Shown here one piece after another: positions 11,696-25,264 of a stretch of 64,000 nucleotides of DNA. The DNA is taken from contig JAXLNO010003705.1 in assembly GCA_038087875.1 (NCBI GenBank), positions 1 to 64,000 on the forward strand, written 5' to 3'. The position numbers and the translations under genes are program-made. The notes below the pieces were generated by a model, which ran no database searches, was not told the DNA's origin, and was given only the letters and a program-made list of their open reading frames with translations. This DNA comes from Malacoraja senta (lineage: Eukaryota). Each line of letters begins with the position of its first letter. The first letter of the stretch is position 1.

Positions 11696-14164
11696 CCGAA
11701 CTTTACTAATCAATAAGGAAACGTAATTTTAGAATACATATTAGCTTGGAATATAACTGTGTGTAATCATGCAGTAAGTTTAAGCATTTAAATCATATTG
11801 ATTTGAACCAAACATTGATTAGGCAAAAGATTTTCTCCAAACAAGAGAACAATACACCCTAAAATGAGATCCTTGTTGCATTTAGATGGGATAATTATAG
11901 TTTAGGAGTGGTAAATATTCTAATTAGATTTTCTGCAAATCTGTACCTCCATATGGCAACCCCAATATGCTAAATTCACACCACTACATCATAGCTCTTT
12001 GTATAAGCACTAGGTGATCCATCATCTTGTACTGCTATGACCCCAGTGTTTACTGCATGGTAGCAATTTCATTCAAATACAAAGTCAATTATCTCCTACT
12101 TTGTAAATGTCATGGCGGTGGGGCATTATCATTTACTTAAAAACCTGAATGAAATGCAGAACAGAGCCTGAATGGCATTCAGGTGACCCGACTTAAAACT
12201 CTGCACCCTATTCCAGTGTTGACCATCACATAAACAAACTCCGTTAATTTCTTGCTTTTTACTCAAGTAAAAATAAAAAAACACGATGCAACAAGACTTT
12301 AGAAGAGCAAAGGAAAAGGACATCTAATAAGCACCCTCTGTAAACGGCATTTCTGGAGATATCCATTGCCCAACAGATTCCATTTTCTCAACTAAAGAAA
12401 AATAGCACAGGCAAATTATAAAAGTTATTTTATAAAGAAATTAGGGAACACCAAAAATTGCACCAATTATTGGAGTGATGTCACTGGATCAATTGCTTAT
12501 CAAATGCAATTACAATCAAGTCCCTGCTAATTGAAATATAATCTCTGCACTTTCTCGTAAAGCCAGAACAAAAGTTAGTTATCGTAACTGAAGTAACCAA
12601 CACTACACATCTGACCCAAAAAAATCATATTCAAATAGATTAATTTGTTTCTCCAATGTCCAAATAATACCATAACTGAATGTGATGCATTTGATTTTCT
12701 AAAATCTGCAAATATTACAAGCAGGCAAAATTTCTGGCATTTTAAAACCACGATTACTGATTACTAAACTTCAAATCGTAAACCTAATTCTGCAAGTTTA
12801 TCCCAGTTTCAGAAAGTTATTTCCCATGCTTATTGGTGCCACATTTCATAAAAACAAAGAATATTGCAGGCTCGTTCTTGGATCAACCACATATAATTAA
12901 TTATTTGGAATTCACATAGGACTTCAGTGCACTACAGTCCACACATGTCTCTGGCATAATTTATTATCTATTTACTCACTGTGCTAGCTCATAAAGCTAA
13001 CCTTTGACCCACTACAGGCACATGCTATCAATTTTCTTTGGATGCCCCTCAATATCCAATCCTACTATCCTTTAATAAGCTGGAAATACTTAAAAGATCA
13101 AAGCTGTGCTTGACTGCTTCAAGAACAAAGAGCATATTCTAATGGAGTAATAACACAAAACATAAAATTACATTAACTTTCCAAGACTACTCACAAGCCC
13201 CAAGAACACAGATCAATAAGAACAGCTGCAATTAAACATGACAGGCAACATTTTTTTTTAAACTACAACTTCCCACAATTGCAAAAGCTGTCGTGCTAGG
13301 CAGTCTTGCACAGGGTTTATTCAATCTATTTCAGTTCTCTCCACATATTTGGTAAAGAATGCTTTCAATTTATGGAAAATGTAGGCACAGATGTGTTTAA
13401 GATTGGTCTCAAACACTAAAATCAGATTTTTAAGGTTACCAACACAAGATCCTGAAATTGTTCATGATACTTTGTTTTCTCATTCACTTGATCCACAATA
13501 ACAATGTTCTTGGGGGAATAAGTCTGATTGGTCACTTCCTACTTTACACAATGCATCGTTCTGCAGAATAAGATGCAAAACTGTGTGCAAAGTCCCGAGT
13601 TTCAAAGAGAATTTCAATGACGTGGCTGAAAATTAGATTTAACTCCCTGTAGGGTCAAGAATGCTCTTTGATTAGAAGCAGATGGAACAATATGAAAGCC
13701 AGCTCCTGGACCTCATCTTTAAACAGGAAATTCAGAGCTAACCAACTGGCTGTTTCCTAATTGTTCCCAGAGATTCATATTGTTTCTAAATGAACACATC
13801 TTTTGTGTTAAAATGTCCTTAAGCTTTCATTCATGTTCAAAGTAAAATGACAGATTAAAATGACAATCACAAACTCAGAATATTTCATATTGAAATCTTC
13901 TGTGATCAGAACTGTTAATAATGACGATTTGTGCAGAGATACTTTAATGCAACTTTCATAACAGCTTAAAATCTCAATATATAAAACCACATAGAATCTT
14001 ACTTTAAATAACCATCTATTAAAAACTTAAACAAAACTAATTAGAATAATATCTGAGCAGTTATAATTTATAACTGATCACTGGTCTGCATTATTACCTA
14101 TTGATCCACTAATTATGTTATCAAATTACACCAGAAATGTTGCATAAAAGAAAGTCACACTTAC

Positions 14165-14233
14165 CGTTTTCCTATTGTAGTAATACATAAGTGAATTACT
14201 ACCCATACCAGGCACTGTATAAGCACAATACAT
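14165..14233 (-). CDS. TCF12: Alternative first coding exon of the HEBAlt isoform (Alt domain, 23 aa): MYCAYTVPGMGSNSLMYYYNRKT
   Basis: aacATG...AAAACG|gtaagt, a phase-0 donor compatible with the VYAPS exon. Near-identical to the mammalian HEBAlt and TCF4-A N-termini, and in the expected intron. Confidence 0.95.
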
Positions 14234-14384
14234 GTTGCTCGCTAAAATCTAGCGTGGAGAGATCAGCAACTGTGCACTTCACTGTGCGACACATTCAACT
14301 ACTCAATTTCAGGCAGACTAATTCCTTAATCTTTCCACACATGGATCTACTCAGAAGGAACTTATGCAAAGTAGGCTGAACCAT

Positions 14385-14460
14385 TCAACGCAAGAGCTGG
14401 GGAGGGAAGTTGAGCTTTATTGGCTACATTCCGTATTCAGCCCTTGACGCAGTCACAGCA
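14385..14460 (-). promoter_or_regulatory. Putative HEBAlt proximal promoter
   Basis: Unique sequence about 150-230 bp upstream of the Alt ATG. CCAAT box on minus (ATTGG 14419-14423), CATTCC, and a TGACGCA CRE-like site (14445-14451). TSS not determinable from sequence. Confidence 0.5.
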
Positions 14461-15469
14461 AACATAACCAGAGCAATGTTCAAATACAGGTAGATAGGAC
14501 CAGGGAAAGTGTGATCTCCAGAAAATGTAATGGATTACTATATTTTGAAATCTTTAGTTTGTTCATTAACTTCAATTAATGCAGAGACAAAAATATTGAA
14601 AGTTAAATCTAAATTTAATGCTTACTTTAGCTTAAAAAAAATGACTGGAAAGTCTTTGATGCACCACCAGTAAAAATGTGCACACACACACACGATGTGA
14701 ACAAAATATTTCACATGGGAGAAAAACAATTGACCACTATAAATCTATGACGCACAGAAACAGGAAACTACTCAAATATAACTATACTCTTTACCCTCAT
14801 TATAACATGGATCCCAAGTGTCTAGCATTTAGTAATTGACAATGAGATTCATGGTATTGTGAAAGTCTGGTTGCTTTACATTAAGACATAAAGTTGCATC
14901 ACAATCATATGTAGACCAGCAAGTGTATTAAAAATCTACAGATAGAAAGCAGCCTAGCTTAATTTCTGTTGCAACTCTCTCTATTTCTGGGTGGCTGGGT
15001 CAAAACAAAATTACATGGATGTTTCCTTTAACAAAAGGAGGAAAATGCACCCTCACAGGAAAAAGCAAATTCATTAACACACACGGAGTCTGCCCTATAG
15101 TTAGAAAAGCTCAGCAGCAGCTGCAGAAGGACAATATATACGTCAGGCTAATAAAAAGCAAGACAGAATGACGTACAACTTCCTCCTGAGACTATGAGGG
15201 CCTATTTTGGTCCTGTGAGGCCTGTGGAAAAGCTTTGATTTACAATTAACAATTCCATTCACTGAATCTCCTTATGAATGTTTTGTCTTTTCTGGCAGCG
15301 TGATTGTGTTAAAAAGAGCTTTCAATCTCCCAGTCCCTCTTGACGTCAGTATTCCATGAGATAAAATCTTTATATCTAAATACTACATTCTGAGGTTTAA
15401 AGGAAAAAATGGCATCTTAATAGATTGCAAAGTTGTGTACTTCCGTGAAGTATTTAAATTGTCTTACTA

Positions 15470-17140
15470 TAGGCATAGGGTCTTGCAGCACAGAAACAGG
15501 CCCTTCGGTCCAACTGATTCATGCTGACCACAATGCCCATCTATGCTCATCTCATACACACACATTTGACCCAAATCCCTCTAAACTTTTCATATCCATG
15601 CACCGGTCCAAATATCTTTTAAATGTTGTTATTGTACCAGCCTCAATCACTTCATTTGACAGCCTGTTCCATATATGTGCCACCCTCTGGGTAAAAAAGT
15701 GTCCCTTCAGGTTCCTATTAATACTTTCCCCTTTCATCTTAAATCTATGCATTATAGTCCTTGATTCTCCAAACCCAGAAAAAATTGTGTATTGACCTTA
15801 TCTATGCTCCTCGTGATTTTATAAGATCTATAAGATTCTATAAGATCACACCTTAGCCTCCTTGTTTCCAGGCAACAAAGACCTAGCCTGCCCAACCTTT
15901 CCTGAAAAGCCAGGTCCTTGAACCCTGGCAACTTCCTCTTAAATCATTTTTGCACTCTCCAACTTAATGGCATCTTTCCTATAGAAGTTTGTGAAAAAAT
16001 GAAGGCAAAACTCCAGGTGCGGCCACACCAACATGTTTACAACTGCAACATAGAGTGCCAACTTCGTCTCTCAATGCCTTTACTAATGAAAGCCAGCGTG
16101 TCAAAAGCCTTCTTCATTTTCAACCTGCGATACCACTTTTGGGGAACTATGTTGCTGCATTTCGAGGTCCCTCTCCTCTACAACACTTGAGGGCACTATG
16201 ATTCATTGAGGAAGCTCTTCCTTGATCTGACTTACCAAAATATCGCACCTCACACTTATCTGAATTAAACTGTTTACCATTCCTCAGCCCATTACCCAGA
16301 CGATCAAGATCCCGCTATAATTCTCAATAACCTACTTCGTTGTCTGTGATACTATGTTATTTCAGTATCATCTGCGAACTTACTAACTATACCTTGTACA
16401 TGCTCATCCTAATCATTGATATAAATGACAGATATGGGCCTAGCTCCAACTCAAGGCACACCACGAGTCAAGGGCCTGCAGTCTGGAAATCACCCTTCTT
16501 TCATCATTATTTGCTTCCTACGGTCAAGCCAATTAAGCATTAAACTAGCTAGTTTTAACTGGATCCAATGCAATCAAACCTTCCAGAACTGCCAACCATA
16601 CAGAACATTAACAAAGCCCTTGTTGAATGAAGTCCATAGAGACTGTGGCTACACTGCTGCATTTATCAACCTTCTCCGTTACTTCTAAAAACTCATATTA
16701 GTGGAGAATTAATCAACCATGCACAAAACTATCCCTAATCAACCACTTCCCAAATGCATGTATATATTATCAGAATTATTTCCAGTAACTTTCCTGTCAC
16801 AGATCTTAGGCCTATTAGTCTATAATTCCCAGGTTTTTCTTTGCAGTCCTTCTTAAATAGGCACAACATTAGCCACCCTCCAAAGTTCTCCTTTCGCTTC
16901 CCACAGTGTCCTTACATAGTACATATCTGATCGGGCCCATCTACCTTCATGTTTAAATGTTGTTATTATACCTGCCTCAATCACTTCATTTGACAGCCTG
17001 TTCCATATATGTGCCACCCTCTCTGGAAAAAAAAGTGTCCCTTCAAGTTCCTATTAACAGTTTCCCCTTTCATCTTAAATCTATGCATTATAGTCCTCGA
17101 TTCTCCAACCCTGGAGAAAATCAGGCTCATCTACCTTCAT
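15470..17140 (-). mobile_element. Decayed CR1 LINE, about 1.6 kb, with an internal duplicated segment
   Basis: HFFTQRVAHIWNRL...FKRYLD on minus (ORF 15552..15752); degenerate RT region extends to about 16900. Confidence 0.82.
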
Positions 17141-18874
17141 ATCGGTTTGCGCATTCATCACCTCGACTGTAATACGGACCATCCTCAAGACATTGCCATT
17201 AACTTTCCCAAGCTCCCCAGCCTTTATGTTTGCCTTCACTGTTTCATTATGAATATAAAAACTCAACAGAACTAAAAATAGCAGTATTACTTCTCAGAAT
17301 ATTCCAGCATATTTATTGGTTTATGCAGAAACTATTTCATTGAACAAAATCTCTTTACTCAACAACTGCATCACACAGTCAATTCAAATCTATCTTATTA
17401 GCATCTCAGCATGGTTAATCCTACATTCTATTTCGCAAATAATCTAGCTGGACATAACTTTGATTTCAAAACTTTATTACAGCCGACACGGGATTAACAA
17501 GGATGATTACTTGGATGATACAAAATAATGTGGACTGTCATCCATGACATCATACTGGCTAGGAATATAAATCAGTCATGCGCAAATGTGCTGAATAAAT
17601 GACACCTATGAAGGCAGGGATGTGATTTATAACTCAGTCAAGCAATCATGAATTGCTATGTGATGGCAAGCTTCATAGAATATTCACAATAAAGGTGACC
17701 AACAGCCCACAACATCCATATCATTCACCCCAATGAAAATAAAATAAATACTAACTATGTGGAGTTTTGTTCTGTGGAATCTTTCAATGAATTGAATGAA
17801 AATGCCAAAGTAGTGTAGAAAAATGTGATTCGTCCAAGATGGATTCAAAGGTGAAAATGTCAGATATTTCAGTTTTATGAAAAGATAAATATCTTTATAA
17901 ACATAATCAAATATTCTGTACCCCTTTCATATGCTGAGATCATTGATCCCAACCAATGCCATTTCTACTTCAATTTTTAGCACAATGATACCTGCATCAA
18001 ACTTGAGGATAACATTCTTTTGATTCATACTGACCAAAATGCAGTTATGATAAAATATTCATATTTATCATTTGGTGTACCTTAAATTCTAAACTATGTC
18101 AGAGGTAAGAACGTAAATTATTGAAATCTATTGCGTATCATACTAAAAATACATGGTACACAATATCAGGTACTACGTGTAAACAAGAACTATGAAGTAT
18201 TGGCTCAGCCTTAATTTATTTCCATCAGAACCATAGGGATTAACTCCCTGCCCCACCCCTCAATCCAGTAGATGGAATTCTATGATCTAGCCTAAAGGCA
18301 ATTAAGCACTAAGAACAATATTACAACATTATGCCTACTATTTCATTACGTAGAAATTTATGCAGCAACAAAGCTGTATTACAGATCATATACATTCTAT
18401 AATGTTCTTATTTATAGAGTAGACACTTGATAAAACTGAAACGTAATTCACTACAGCAGTTCATTTTTCTTTAACCATTGCAAAAAAGTTAATTTCTTAG
18501 AAATCCTTCCTTCTTATTTCAAATTCTTCAAATTTAGTAGATTTCAAAATTCTCAATATTGATTATCAATAATAATTAATTTACATCACAACAATGGTAA
18601 CATTCAGGGAATGAACTGAAAAAAGAGAAAGAATTGCAGCAATGATTTGTTATTCAATCCCACATTTAAAAACAAAACTGGATAAAATGTGAAATTTGGG
18701 TGCAATAAATTAAATCCATTTGACACAGAGCTATCATTACAACATTCAAATGTGAGTAACTTTTAAAGCTATTGAGGCAAGATTAAATTAATTTCCAAAA
18801 TTAAGGCACATTACAATTTTATTAAAATTAAAGAAAGCAAAAAAAAACGGAGACACACAGGCTAACCAAATATC

Positions 18875-18893
18875 CACTGCCACCTAGTGTTGC
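18875..18893 (-). promoter_or_regulatory. Candidate CTCF site
   Basis: Minus strand ACACTAGGTGGCAGTG, one mismatch from CCACTAGGTGGCAGTG. Confidence 0.5.
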
Positions 18894-21800
18894 TGTATTA
18901 TAAAACAATTGCATAATATTCAAGTCAGTGAGGACAATTGCTACATTGCTGATGGATATTGAGTAACAGAAATTTGCAGCAATTCAGCTACAAAGTAATC
19001 AGATTACCAATCAATCTAACTTGCAACTCAATTTCACAAAAATGGTTATGTGCAGTAAGCATTAAATATGCATATTAATATCTTACTTAAAGAGAATAGT
19101 AACGCTTGTTTGAGACTGGAATGTTTAAATTTTCCACAACACTCAGTAATGTGTTTTAATATTACTATTTTGGCTAATCAAAATCACAACTTCACAACAA
19201 GACAATGAGACCTGGCCAGACTATCCACAATCAGTAGAGGGGATGGGGTTGAGGTTGAGATTGAGGGGGATGTAGGCGGCACCTGAAGGAGTGAATTGGG
19301 AAATGCAGTAGAGGTCGGGGGAATGGTGGAACTGTGCCCAGGAGAGGGGAAGGTGGGAACTGGGGGATGAGAGACGACGATAGGATTGCACAGTCGGGGA
19401 GGAAGAAATTGTGCAGGAGATTGTGGAAGGGTAGCGGTAAGGAAGGGAAATAGAATGTGCTGGAGGTATATAAGCTGCCCTACTTAACAGCCAACCTTAA
19501 AAATTGACCCGTTCTTTGTGTATCCGTTTCCCGCCTTGCAGAGTATTTGAACCATTTTCAGTTTTAGTGCTTTAGAACACAAGTGATATGCATGTTAGAT
19601 AGAGGTTGAAATCTGCAATTTTAATCTGACAATAATATCCAGGCTCACAGTGACATGGTTGTCCCAAAGGATAAACAAAAGCTCAATGAAATCAACATAT
19701 TTAATACAACCAAACAGAAATTTAACTCATTACAGGATGTTTCTGTTACATGACTTAATAAAATAACACAACCCTTCAATGAGGGCATAGGACACACTAT
19801 TCCAACTATATTGTTAAAAGTCACAAATCCCTGTACGTCATCACCAGTTGAAAAGAAAACAAAAACAACCTGAATAAAGCCTAATGTTTAAACCTTAATA
19901 TTCAATTTAAGCAGCTCCAATAATTATGATAATATTCTTTTAAGTAGCCATATCTTCAGAGAAATAGCTCATTACAGACAATTCCTTGTGGAATTGATTG
20001 AGATTTTAGATTTAACAATTGACAACATGAAGATAGCAATTTTAATTATGTGTTGTGCATTAGTATATACATTAAAGAAACCACTAGAGCTCGGAATTAT
20101 GATGCACACAAAAATGAATAACACACCTGCATGATGCTCAGCAGGTAGTAGGCTGGTGCAACTTCTGATTTCCAGCAGATGGCTCTTTCAATAAAAGATT
20201 GTGACATATTTTAATGATAATCTTAAGTAAATAATAAGAATGTAAATAATTTGAATCAAAATAATACATGAGATGACTTTCAACCATCAATGAGATTTGC
20301 TGTTCCCCCCCCCCCCCCCCCCATATCAATGGAAATTGCAGAATCCTACAAAACAACCCAATCTGTGAAGTCCAAGCATTATCTGCCCAGATATCAACAA
20401 GAAGAGAATGGTTTCCTTGGTTATTATTGTCACATGTACCCAGGTACAGTGAAAAGGGCTATCCAATCAAATCGGATAACATTATACATAAATATAATCA
20501 AGACAAACTCAAGGAAGTTTTAAAATCTCTCACCAGTTACAGAATTGTTATCCCTTTTGCAGATCACTCATATACTTGAGGCACAGCAACATTATTTCAA
20601 GTCACAAGGAAGCAATTCTTAAATTTACCCCTCTATATAAAACTCAGTGGAGCAGGATTATAGTTGAATGATCTGCTGAAAATCAGAAGTCAATCTCCTT
20701 GTCATTTTCTGTCAGCTGACCCCAAGCAATTTTTTCCCCCATACACTACCTTGACTAAAACAGAAATGTCCATTTTTGACGATATATCTGCAGGACACCA
20801 ATATTTAAACCTAGCTTCTTTGTGGACGTATTTTAAACAACTGCCATAAAAAATTACAGCTCATAATCTGAAATACAAATATTTATTTCTGTGACTAGAA
20901 TAAAACCGTAAGATTTCAAATTAACATTGCATAGACTTTCCCTTACTTTTCTTTCAACTAATACACTCAGTTTAATCAGCAAATACAGAGCTATGTTCAC
21001 ATCTTCCTTTAAGTGCTTTGCAGTCAATTATAACACCAAACTATAATAAATAAAATGTAAATTGCTATCTATTTTTAGTTAATGCAAATTTTCTTTGCCT
21101 AGGGAATAATGATTGGAAGCTCTGCATTTGTTCTGTTTATCAAGTAGCTATTCAGCCTCCAGTGGGCCAAGTGCTTATGCAAGCATGCCGTTTAAGAGAG
21201 TCTGCAGCTGTACGCACGGCTTCCAGGTAGGCTGCAGGTTTTATGAACAGCTGCCCATGGCTACACTAACTACTGCAGTCCCATCTGGAATGAAGGTCAT
21301 AGATATTTCCAGGTTCAAGATTTGCAGTTTAAGAAAGCACTTGCAAAATACCTTGCAAAAAAAAAAAATTTTTTTTAAATCAGGCGATGCAGAATCAAAA
21401 TGTCTTCATCTATTCTGTTTGTCAAACATCGGGCAACCAGTCCATTCAGCATATATCAAGATATGACTCATCCAAGTGCACCTGCGTCCATGTGTTAACT
21501 GAAGTGCTGACAAATAAAAACCATATCAGCATTTGCACAACAAAGAGATGATTCCAGCAAGACAGCATCATTTTCTCTCTTGCTCCCTCAGTATTTGGAA
21601 TAACCAAGCTTTTCTTGGCACCATGGGATTTTACTTCACGCAGGATTATAAACAGTCATTTACAATTTTGTTGTTTTAAAGAATAAAGCACATCTAATGC
21701 TACAGAAAATCCTGAAAGCATTAGATTATCAGAGGTATTAATGATTTTTTAACCAAAACCTACCAACCTTTATTCATCAAAGCATTTTATTCTCAAAGGA

Positions 21801-22369
21801 TAAATTTCAGTGCAAAGAGGAATCAACAAAAGCGTTGCTTGAAAGCCTTTCTGATGTAAGCCTGAAGTTAGGAAAGGCTTAATGAAGCTTTAAAATCCAC
21901 CAGGGCTTCACAATGAACATCTGACTTGGTGATTTATGCATATTAATAACCTCAGCCTACTCAGGCAATCTGAGTTGTACATGTCCTCGGAATCTTAATG
22001 TCTTCAGCTCCATTGGGATTATTACAAATGTAAATTTCTAAGATTCAGAGCTATTAATCTCTGTCTGTCCTCCTGTTCAGCAACATAATGACTAATTAAA
22101 CATCAAAAGACCTGTACAGACAATCTTCTTTGACAGCTTCTGTCCTGGTTTCTCTCCCACGAGGGATTCAAATGACTGGGACAAGGGGTTAGATTGTACA
22201 AATAAGCCACATATCATCGTTACTAAATCCAGCAACTAGACATTTGCCATCAATAAGCATTGCAAGTTACTACCTTTTGTTGTCATGATCACAACATAAA
22301 ATTGACAAAAAAACTTCATTAAAAATACAACGACAATCACAAGGGTGCATTACGAAAAACTATACTCAC

Positions 22370-22422
22370 AGATGAAGGCAAACCAGGAGGCATCTTTCTT
22401 ACTTTTTGTGCTTGTGAAGGAT
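22370..22422 (-). CDS. TCF12: TCF12 internal coding exon (53 bp, about exon 8): (D)PSQAQKVRKMPPGLPSS
   Basis: tttccgcacag|ATCCTTCACAAG...CCTTCATCT|gtgagt. Phase 1 in, phase 0 out. Contains the E-protein KVRKxPPGLPSS motif. Confidence 0.95.
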
Positions 22423-23009
22423 CTGTGCGGAAATAAATAATATGCAATAATGAAAATACAAGAAACCCTGTTCAGTGATAATTATGTAATTTCATTCAAA
22501 TTTAGTATTTGCAGCAGTTTGATTTTATACAAATTAATGTTGCTGGCAATAAGTTGTATATCGCACCTTCAAAAGATTTTCTTTAAAAAGAGGTATGGGG
22601 CATAACACAGATAAAGTCATAGAATGACCAAAATAGATTCCAATAGTTTTCAGGACAAACAATTGTGAAAGTTGCTAATGATGTCATGGCGTGAAGATGG
22701 ATACAAAACAACTGCAATGAAAAGCAACTGAAAGTTTTTGGGAAAGTTTGCAGCAGTTCAGAATTGGAGCTAACATAATTTATGAGTCTGTGGCTTCGGC
22801 TGTAGGTAGATGAAAGCACATCCTCGCCTCTTTTCCCTAAATCCCCATAGTCAGAGCAGATATCACTGCCTCATGGGTCTGTGTCCCGATGGGCTAATTG
22901 TGGGGGGAAAAAGAGAGAAACTCAACTGACTGGATAAAAAAGGAGAAAAAGACCACAGGGGTCAAAGCAGGTCACCTGATTCTGAAAGATAAATTATACT
23001 GGACAGTGC

Positions 23010-23306
23010 AGTGATACAGCAAGTGGAACCACTGCCTCACAGTGCCAAAGCGTCAGGTTCAATTCTATCCTCGGGTGCTTTCTCTGTGGCGTCTGTGTAT
23101 TCTCGCAGTGGCTATTTTCTCTGATTTCCTCCCACATCCTAAAGGCATGGGGGTTGACAGTTAACTGCCGACTGTAAAGTGCCCCCAATGTGTAGGCATG
23201 TGGTAGAACTTGGTGGAAGTTGATGAGATTGTAGGAAAAATGAAAATGAGAAATAATGTAAATGGCTGATGGTCAGCACAAACTCAGTTGGCTGTACCTC
23301 TCTGTG
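23010..23306 (+). mobile_element. Old V-SINE copy
   Basis: ctgcctcacagtgcca..ggttcaattc..tttcctcccacatcc pattern. Confidence 0.65.
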
Positions 23307-24419
23307 TGAAGGTAGAATTAGAACCTTGTAAGGAAACAGCACTCTTGCAATGTTTTTGGTACAAATAATGCAAGAGTCAAGAACAACTTTAAAGTGAAAG
23401 TCAATACTAGTTGCAAACTTGGGAATTGGCTTCAACCAAAAGGCAGTCAGGCACATAGTGCAGGGTATTTCAGGGTGCCCATATAAGGAAGGAGACAGCA
23501 ATGATCTGGAGCAGGTGAAGAGTCACTGAGATAGTACGATAGTTGACAAAGATGAGGGATATATCATTAAATTATAGCAAGAGGGAATGTCAACTCAGAA
23601 CTCGATGAGGTTGCCAAATACCAAAGCCCAAGGCAAAAAAATACCAGTGTCTGTGACACAACTGGTAGCAGTGGCCCAAGGGAAAAGAAAGAAATGCTGC
23701 AGGGTACATAAGGAGGAACCTAAATGATAGAAGATGCACTCACATGGTCCCAGCTTTGATTCGGAGTCGCAACCACAATGATGATATCTGATAAAGTTCA
23801 GTCATAGTTCCACATGACTGAACTACAGTGGGCAGGAGTGAGGATAGGCACATGCAATATTTTTATAAAATTGGCCAACATTTAGGGAAACATCACCTTG
23901 CATTTGCAGGCATTGTGAAGGCAATTAGATACTGGAGCAGTTTGATTCAAGACAATTTCACCCGTAAAAATATTTGTAGTTTTAAAGACGTGCCCTCACC
24001 CTTTCCAATTCCTAATTCTTTGACGAAGACAAACGAGACATTTGACAGAATTCAAGTAAATATTTTGGGATGAAGCTTCAAGAGGACAAGGAACTCTGTT
24101 TCCATGACGACCTAAAGAAATTGATTACTTCTTTCGGGAATTTATTCCAAAGCATCTTAGAAGCTTTGTCTTGGCTGTCTGACATGACACATATTAGGAG
24201 AAAATATTCAACAAAATTCATCAGCCAATCAATTACTTTTCTATTGCAAGTTAACGGCATTTATGCATTTAGTTCAATAGCAAAATAAATATTAAAATTA
24301 GAATATAGGTGTTCAGAATCAATATCAACACTTTCTGATCCGATTATGAATTGCAACAACCCAGTTTTATCTGGGGGTAACGGGGATTAGCCTTATTCCT
24401 CTTTCCCCATGGGCAACAC

Positions 24420-25264
24420 CAGGTTTGATATATATTTAAGTCGCAAAACAAATTATGATTATTTAGCATTCACTTTCCGTAACTGCTTGCCAAATTGAAC
24501 CCATCCTATCAACTGCCAAGCCATGAGACATGCTCGTCTACTGATTTGTCTTGTTTGATCATTCTCCAAGATGGTGGCTGAGTTTTCTGCTTATAACAGA
24601 TGCTCAGTCTGCAACCCAAGAGTACCTCCAAGCTTTCAAGGTGAACATGACAGGTGAAGTAAGATGTTAGAGATATTTTGATTTGTTTTGTGGAGCCAAC
24701 ATCTCCAGCTCCGCATCGCTCCTCACCCAAATACACTCAGAAAACTGTTCTCTTTGACCTTTTTATACTCGGCTCTCCCTTCACTTTTCTTGTAATCTAT
24801 ACTTAGGGTTTGAACTGAGATGTGCTTTTCCTAGATTGTCCTCAACAGTACCCATTCCAATCCTAGCTGAGCTCAGAAAATCTTCATGACAATTGGGGAA
24901 TAATTGTGGGGGGTGGGGTGGAGGGTTGGAGATTGGAAATGTTGGGACTTTTCACATTGTAATGTGACTGAAATGAGGAAATATGTATCACAATGGCAAA
25001 GAAATAGAAAAGGCTCAGGAGTTGCACCTTTTCTGATACATCCATGAACTGAGTCAGATATACATATGCATTTTAAGATGGTGGCGCCTCTCGGCAGCGG
25101 CCTCTGCAGTCCGACTGTCTTTTAAAAAAAAAACAGGTTTGATATATATTTAAGTCGCAAAACAAATTATGATTATTTAGCATTCACTTTCCGTAACTGC
25201 TTGCCAAATTTAACCCATCCTATCAACTGCCAAGCCATGAGACATGCTCGTCTACTGATTTGTC
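24420..25264 (+). repeat. 131-bp direct duplication (24420-24550 and 25134-25264)
   Basis: Copies differ at one visible position (aattGaacc versus aattTaacc). Confidence 0.95.

Noticed and set aside
23828-24288. Adjacent ORFs as a transposase or host exon
   Set aside because: No recognisable motif or splice support; it may be an old repeat but cannot be supported.
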